Program-made: the position numbers and the translations under genes
Shown: piece after piece, positions 24,571-27,743 of the stretch
Layout of the letters: each line of letters starts with the position of its first letter
Numbering within the stretch: the first letter of the stretch is position 1
DNA from: a virus
Lineage: Duplodnaviria; Caudoviricetes
Direction: 5' to 3' (one strand)
DNA: 27,743 bases
Virus record (IMG/VR): IMGVR_UViG_3300025528_000032
Span: 1 to 27,743 of that record
The notes under the pieces: model-generated
What the model was told of the DNA's origin: nothing
The model's database searches: none
The model's input: the letters and a program-made list of their open reading frames with translations, nothing else

Positions 24571-24776
24571 CAGGGCGCCCATCCGCAAGCCGCTTTGCCA
24601 GCGGCGTTGTGAGCCTTCACCTGTCGGATCGTCGGGTCCGTGTCATCGACGGACCACGTGATCGGCCGGAAAATGCTGCACTGGCTAGCGGCGGAAACCG
24701 TCATCTTCCCGCAGCCGGCCAGCGTCAGACTCGCGCTCAGAGCGAGCCCGAGCATCGTCAGCTTTCCTTTCGGCAT
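24570..24776 (-). CDS. Outer-membrane spanin (Rz1-like lipoprotein)
   Basis: Lipobox LAG-C after a hydrophobic signal, then C..FRPI.WS..DT..T..QV..HNA.....CG. Overlaps the 3' part of the i-spanin in another frame. Alternative start at 24755. Confidence 0.82.
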   Translation of the reverse strand: MPKGKLTMLGLALSASLTLAGCGKMTVSAASQCSIFRPITWSVDDTDPTIRQVKAHNAAGKAACGWAP

Positions 24777-24918
24777 CGCGATTGCTCCGTTCAATGCGAG
24801 CGCGTTCCCGCTCCGCCCCGCGCTCCTCGATGGACGTCCACACCAGCCAGATGGCGAGCAGGGCGGCGATGCCGCCCGCAACAGCGCGCCCGACCGGAGA
24901 GACGAGCCAGGCGATCAT
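24685..24918 (-). CDS. Inner-membrane spanin (Rz-like)
   Basis: MIAWLVS... single N-terminal TM helix followed by a charged coiled coil ending DDGFRR. ATGA overlap with the endolysin. Confidence 0.78.
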   Translation of the reverse strand: MIAWLVSPVGRAVAGGIAALLAIWLVWTSIEERGAERERARIERSNRDAERKADDARARSERESDAGRLREDDGFRR

Positions 24919-25736
24919 GCGTTGCCCTCCCGCACGCGCTTCCACGTCAAGTAGAGGCCGACGACCACGCTCACGACCGTCAGCCCGAGGAGCAGCCACT
25001 TGACGACTGCGAGCGTCTCGGAGAACGGCGCGATCTTCTCGGCCGCCTCGGTGGCACCTGCGGCCACCGCACTGAGCGCGGCGCTGCCGCCAACACGGGC
25101 TTCGGCCGTGCGCGACGGGGCCGTGACCTGCTCGCTGCGGCCCTCGATGGCCGCCGGCGGCGCTACATCAGGTAGCTTGACGTGCATCCAGAGCCGCTTG
25201 GCGGCGGCCCGGACGTCCTCCACGCGCTTCGTCCAGCCCTTCCCGTACTTCGGCCAGCCGTAGGTGGTCTTGAGGAAGGCTAGCCGCGCGTCGCAATACT
25301 CGTCGATGATGCCGAACGGCATGCGCTTCAACGCAGCCAGCGTCACCGGCCCGAGAGCACCGTCGACGCGCACGCCCAGAAGCCGCTGGAGCGGCTTGAC
25401 GGCGTTGGCCTCGCCGCTGTTGTATGCGAAGTCCGCGACCGCGTAGTCAAGCCCGCTCGGCAGCGCGTCGCCCTGCACGCGATCCCAATACTGCGCCTTG
25501 AAAATGGCCTTCGCCTCGGCGCGAGTGATGGACGCGATCTCCTCGCGGGTGGCGGGGCGGCCGAGCCGCCGGTGCGCGCCAAGCACTTTCGGCGTGACGC
25601 CGTACTTCGAGCCGGCGAGCTCGCCGACGCCCTTCTTGCCGCCGGTCCAGTTGCCGCGGTCGTCCGGGTCGAGTGAGTGCTTTGCCCCTTCGTGCCCGAC
25701 GAGCTGGCTGAAAACGAAGTCGAAGTTGTCCCGCAT
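24915..25736 (-). CDS. Endolysin, glycoside hydrolase family 108 with peptidoglycan-binding domain and C-terminal membrane segment
   Basis: HEG.....DP.D.G, SKYGVT, A..I....YW......LP.GLD..V.D.A.NSG, LQR.LGV..DG.LGP.TL, W..YGKGW..RV. C-terminal hydrophobic helix VVKWLLLGLTVVSVVVGLYLTWKR. Confidence 0.92.
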   Translation of the reverse strand: MRDNFDFVFSQLVGHEGAKHSLDPDDRGNWTGGKKGVGELAGSKYGVTPKVLGAHRRLGRPATREEIASITRAEAKAIFKAQYWDRVQGDALPSGLDYAVADFAYNSGEANAVKPLQRLLGVRVDGALGPVTLAALKRMPFGIIDEYCDARLAFLKTTYGWPKYGKGWTKRVEDVRAAAKRLWMHVKLPDVAPPAAIEGRSEQVTAPSRTAEARVGGSAALSAVAAGATEAAEKIAPFSETLAVVKWLLLGLTVVSVVVGLYLTWKRVREGNA

Positions 25737-25781
25737 GTCACCCGCCGTACATTCTGTCGATCGCCAATCTGAACATATAGC

Positions 25782-27050
25782 TCAAAGCTCGGTCATTGTC
25801 GTGGGGGCTTTCACCCGGATTTTCTCCGGCGACCCCGGCGGCTCGAGCTGGATAGGCGCGCGCTCACGCAGCCACCATTTCGAGTGAAGCAGGTACAGCC
25901 ACTGCTGCGGCGGCTCGAAGGAGGCGCGCAGATCGTCCGCAAACTCGCTGTAGCCGGGCACAGAACCGTTCGCCAAAACGTTCCCCGGGTTGCCGGTCGT
26001 GTGATAGTGCCCGCCCTGGATGAGATCCGGCCTCCGCCCGACGGATGCCTGCTGCTCGCTGATTTTCTTCGTGCCGCGCACGATCGGCAGCATCGGCCCC
26101 GCGAAGCCCATGCCGCCGCGCGTGCCGATCTTGTCGAAGTGCGTCGTCAGAACCGTGCGGCCAAAAACAGGCGTGATCTGGTCCTTCGCCTTGCCGAACT
26201 GGAACGTCACGTTGTCGTCGTCGCGCAGCCGGTCAGCGAGGATCGACGCAACCATGATGTCATAGGACAGCCGGGCGTATAGCTTCGCCGTCGGCTTCAC
26301 CGTCGACCGGCCGTGATTGCCGGGCACCGCGACGACGTGGACGCGCGGGTAGACCTTCCGCGCCTGCCGGATGCCGGCCTCCAGCAACCCGACGACGCCG
26401 GAAACCTGCTCGTGCGCCGTAAGCGCGTTCGTGATGCGCAGCTCCTCGTGAATGTCGCCGGAGATGAGGTCGCCAGCGAGCGCCAGAAGCAGGCCCTCGC
26501 ACTGCGTGTCAGAGGCCCACCGCTGCCCGACTCCGCAAACCGCCTCGAAGTAGCGTTTCATGCGCCGCTCGCAGATCTCCGGGTTGAAGGCGTTCACGCC
26601 GTTGATCTCCTCCGGGTCGATGACCTCGCCGTAGTGAACGTCGGAGACGAGCGCGCCAATGACGCTGCGCCCCTTCGTGCCGTGCGAGACGTCGGCCAGC
26701 CACCGGGGCGGGTCTACCGGAACCTCCCGGATGCCGCCGAGCTGCTCGATCAGGTGTTCGGCCTGCGCCAGCTCCCGCTCGAGCCGCCGGGCCTTCGCGC
26801 GCCAGAAGCTGGCGTCGTGGATCTCGGCGCGGGTCCGCTCGACCGGCTCCTGGGCTTGGGTCGTCTGCGGCGGCAACGGCGCGCCAATGAACGGCTTGAT
26901 GCCTTTCGCCCGCAACCGACGCGCGTGCAGCTGCGCCGTCTTCGGGTTGACCCCGACCCGCTTCGCCGCCTCGACGGCGTTCGCGCTGGTCATCAGGGCT
27001 TCGTACAGCTCCTTGAGACGTTCCGGGGTCAGGTGGGCGGTGTTTCTCAT
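25782..27050 (-). CDS. Calcineurin-like metallophosphoesterase with N-terminal HTH and coiled coil
   Basis: All five metal-binding motifs: SDVHYGE, GDLISG, VPGNHG, THFD, GGHYH. N-terminal NAVEAAKRVGVNPKTA HTH. Confidence 0.87.
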   Translation of the reverse strand: MRNTAHLTPERLKELYEALMTSANAVEAAKRVGVNPKTAQLHARRLRAKGIKPFIGAPLPPQTTQAQEPVERTRAEIHDASFWRAKARRLERELAQAEHLIEQLGGIREVPVDPPRWLADVSHGTKGRSVIGALVSDVHYGEVIDPEEINGVNAFNPEICERRMKRYFEAVCGVGQRWASDTQCEGLLLALAGDLISGDIHEELRITNALTAHEQVSGVVGLLEAGIRQARKVYPRVHVVAVPGNHGRSTVKPTAKLYARLSYDIMVASILADRLRDDDNVTFQFGKAKDQITPVFGRTVLTTHFDKIGTRGGMGFAGPMLPIVRGTKKISEQQASVGRRPDLIQGGHYHTTGNPGNVLANGSVPGYSEFADDLRASFEPPQQWLYLLHSKWWLRERAPIQLEPPGSPEKIRVKAPTTMTEL

Positions 27051-27053
27051 GCG

Positions 27054-27398
27054 CTATCCCGCAAAAAACGCGAAGATCTTTTCCTTGGCTGATGTAAGCG
27101 CCGCCCCGACCACGCCGGACAGAGCCCCGATGACGGCAATCGCTCCAATCTTTCGCTGTTCCCAGTTGTTAACCTTCGTCACGATCGGCGCGAACGACGC
27201 GACCTGCGTCTCCAGGGCGTCATGTTTTTCCCGCATGACGGCCATCGCCCTCCCGAGGTCGTCGAGACGCTGGTGCACTGCGGCGCGGTTTGCGCGCGCC
27301 GCCGCAAACTCGTCACTCACCGTCCCGACGAGCGCATCCAGCTTCGCCTCCAGACGGCCGAGGTCACGATGCAGCTGGTGATCGGCTGGCGTGGACAT
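27054..27398 (-). CDS. Holin-like coiled-coil protein with C-terminal TM helix (DUF1515-like)
   Basis: LGRLEAKLD...R..VH.RLD coiled coil followed by hydrophobic IGAIAVIGALSGVVGAAL. Upstream of the endolysin. Start at MSTPAD (27398). Confidence 0.62.
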   Translation of the reverse strand: MSTPADHQLHRDLGRLEAKLDALVGTVSDEFAAARANRAAVHQRLDDLGRAMAVMREKHDALETQVASFAPIVTKVNNWEQRKIGAIAVIGALSGVVGAALTSAKEKIFAFFAG

Positions 27399-27408
27399 GG
27401 CACGGCCG

Positions 27409-27531
27409 TCAGCAGTCGCCGTGGGCCTTGCAGACGGCACGCGCCATCGCCAGCCCGTCGATCCCGTCTCGGGGCTGCGCGCAAGCGGCGAGGGCCGTCA
27501 GAACGGCGAAAAACAGGATCAGTCGAGTCAT
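27409..27531 (-). CDS. Small lipoprotein (40 aa)
   Basis: MTRLILFFAVLTALAA-CAQPRDGIDGLAMARAVCKAHGDC with lipobox LAA-C. AGGAGG SD upstream and ATGA overlap with the previous gene. Confidence 0.7.
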   Translation of the reverse strand: MTRLILFFAVLTALAACAQPRDGIDGLAMARAVCKAHGDC

Positions 27532-27743
27532 GACGCGCCTCCTGTGGCGGTGATGAGGACGCCCCAGAGCGCCCCGACGATTAGCTCGGCAATCCAGATC
27601 GGGTTGCTCGGGCGTATGCGCCATGCGGCCTCGTAGGCGGCCGTGGCGAGAGCGGCGAAGGCCGGGGCGAGCGCGACGAGCCAGAACGCGCCGTGCCACC
27701 ACGCCAGCGCCATGAAACCTGGCAGGCAGAAGCACATCCGGCA
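27528..27743 (-). CDS. Multi-pass membrane protein (5' end probably beyond window edge)
   Basis: Open frame to the window edge with about three hydrophobic segments. Stop overlaps the lipoprotein start. Confidence 0.6.
   Translation of the reverse strand, partial: CRMCFCLPGFMALAWWHGAFWLVALAPAFAALATAAYEAAWRIRPSNPIWIAELIVGALWGVLITATGGAS

Larger units (their letters stand above)
1..27743. mobile_element. Temperate tailed phage (podovirus-type) of an alphaproteobacterial host, partial genome
   Basis: Replication, lysogeny, packaging, capsid, nozzle, ejection and lysis modules. No tape measure or sheath gene and no host chromosomal context in the window. Confidence 0.93.

Noticed and set aside
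24540-26952. Shared NPKT tetrapeptide in the TerL N-terminus (INPKTG) and the phosphoesterase HTH (VNPKTA)
   Set aside because: Too short to distinguish from chance.

Overview
A GC-rich window that is entirely phage: part of a temperate, probably short-tailed (podovirus-type) tailed phage of an alphaproteobacterial host. The host is inferred from a GapR/DUF2312 gene, a GH108 endolysin and a DUF1515-like gene. Left arm (minus strand, 1-5851): Cro-like gene, hypothetical, RusA resolvase, DUF6378-like protein, SNF2-type helicase, repeat-domain protein, Cas4-like PD-(D/E)xK nuclease (DUF2800-like), ssDNA-binding protein (DUF2815-like) and a GapR homologue cut by the window edge. Centre (plus strand, 6012-8063): XRE repressor, excisionase-like HTH, tyrosine integrase, an AT-richer attP-like interval with phage genes on both sides, and an unannotated 42-aa hydrophobic ORF. 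Right arm (minus strand, 8060-27743): lysis region (membrane protein, small lipoprotein, holin-like protein, HTH-metallophosphoesterase, GH108 endolysin, spanins), terminase large subunit, portal, scaffold, major capsid, decoration, adaptor, nozzle, two GNAT-fold genes, four probable ejection proteins and an M15 peptidase. The most interesting points are: (i) no small terminase lies next to terL, while a metallophosphoesterase in the lysis block has a TerS-like N-terminal HTH; (ii) a TGTAYG motif recurs in most promoter-bearing intergenic regions, suggesting a distributed repressor regulon; (iii) the tiny att-proximal membrane ORF; (iv) phage-borne GapR; (v) an anti-SD-loop hairpin in the helicase leader. 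All family calls come from motif recognition by eye; no searches were run.
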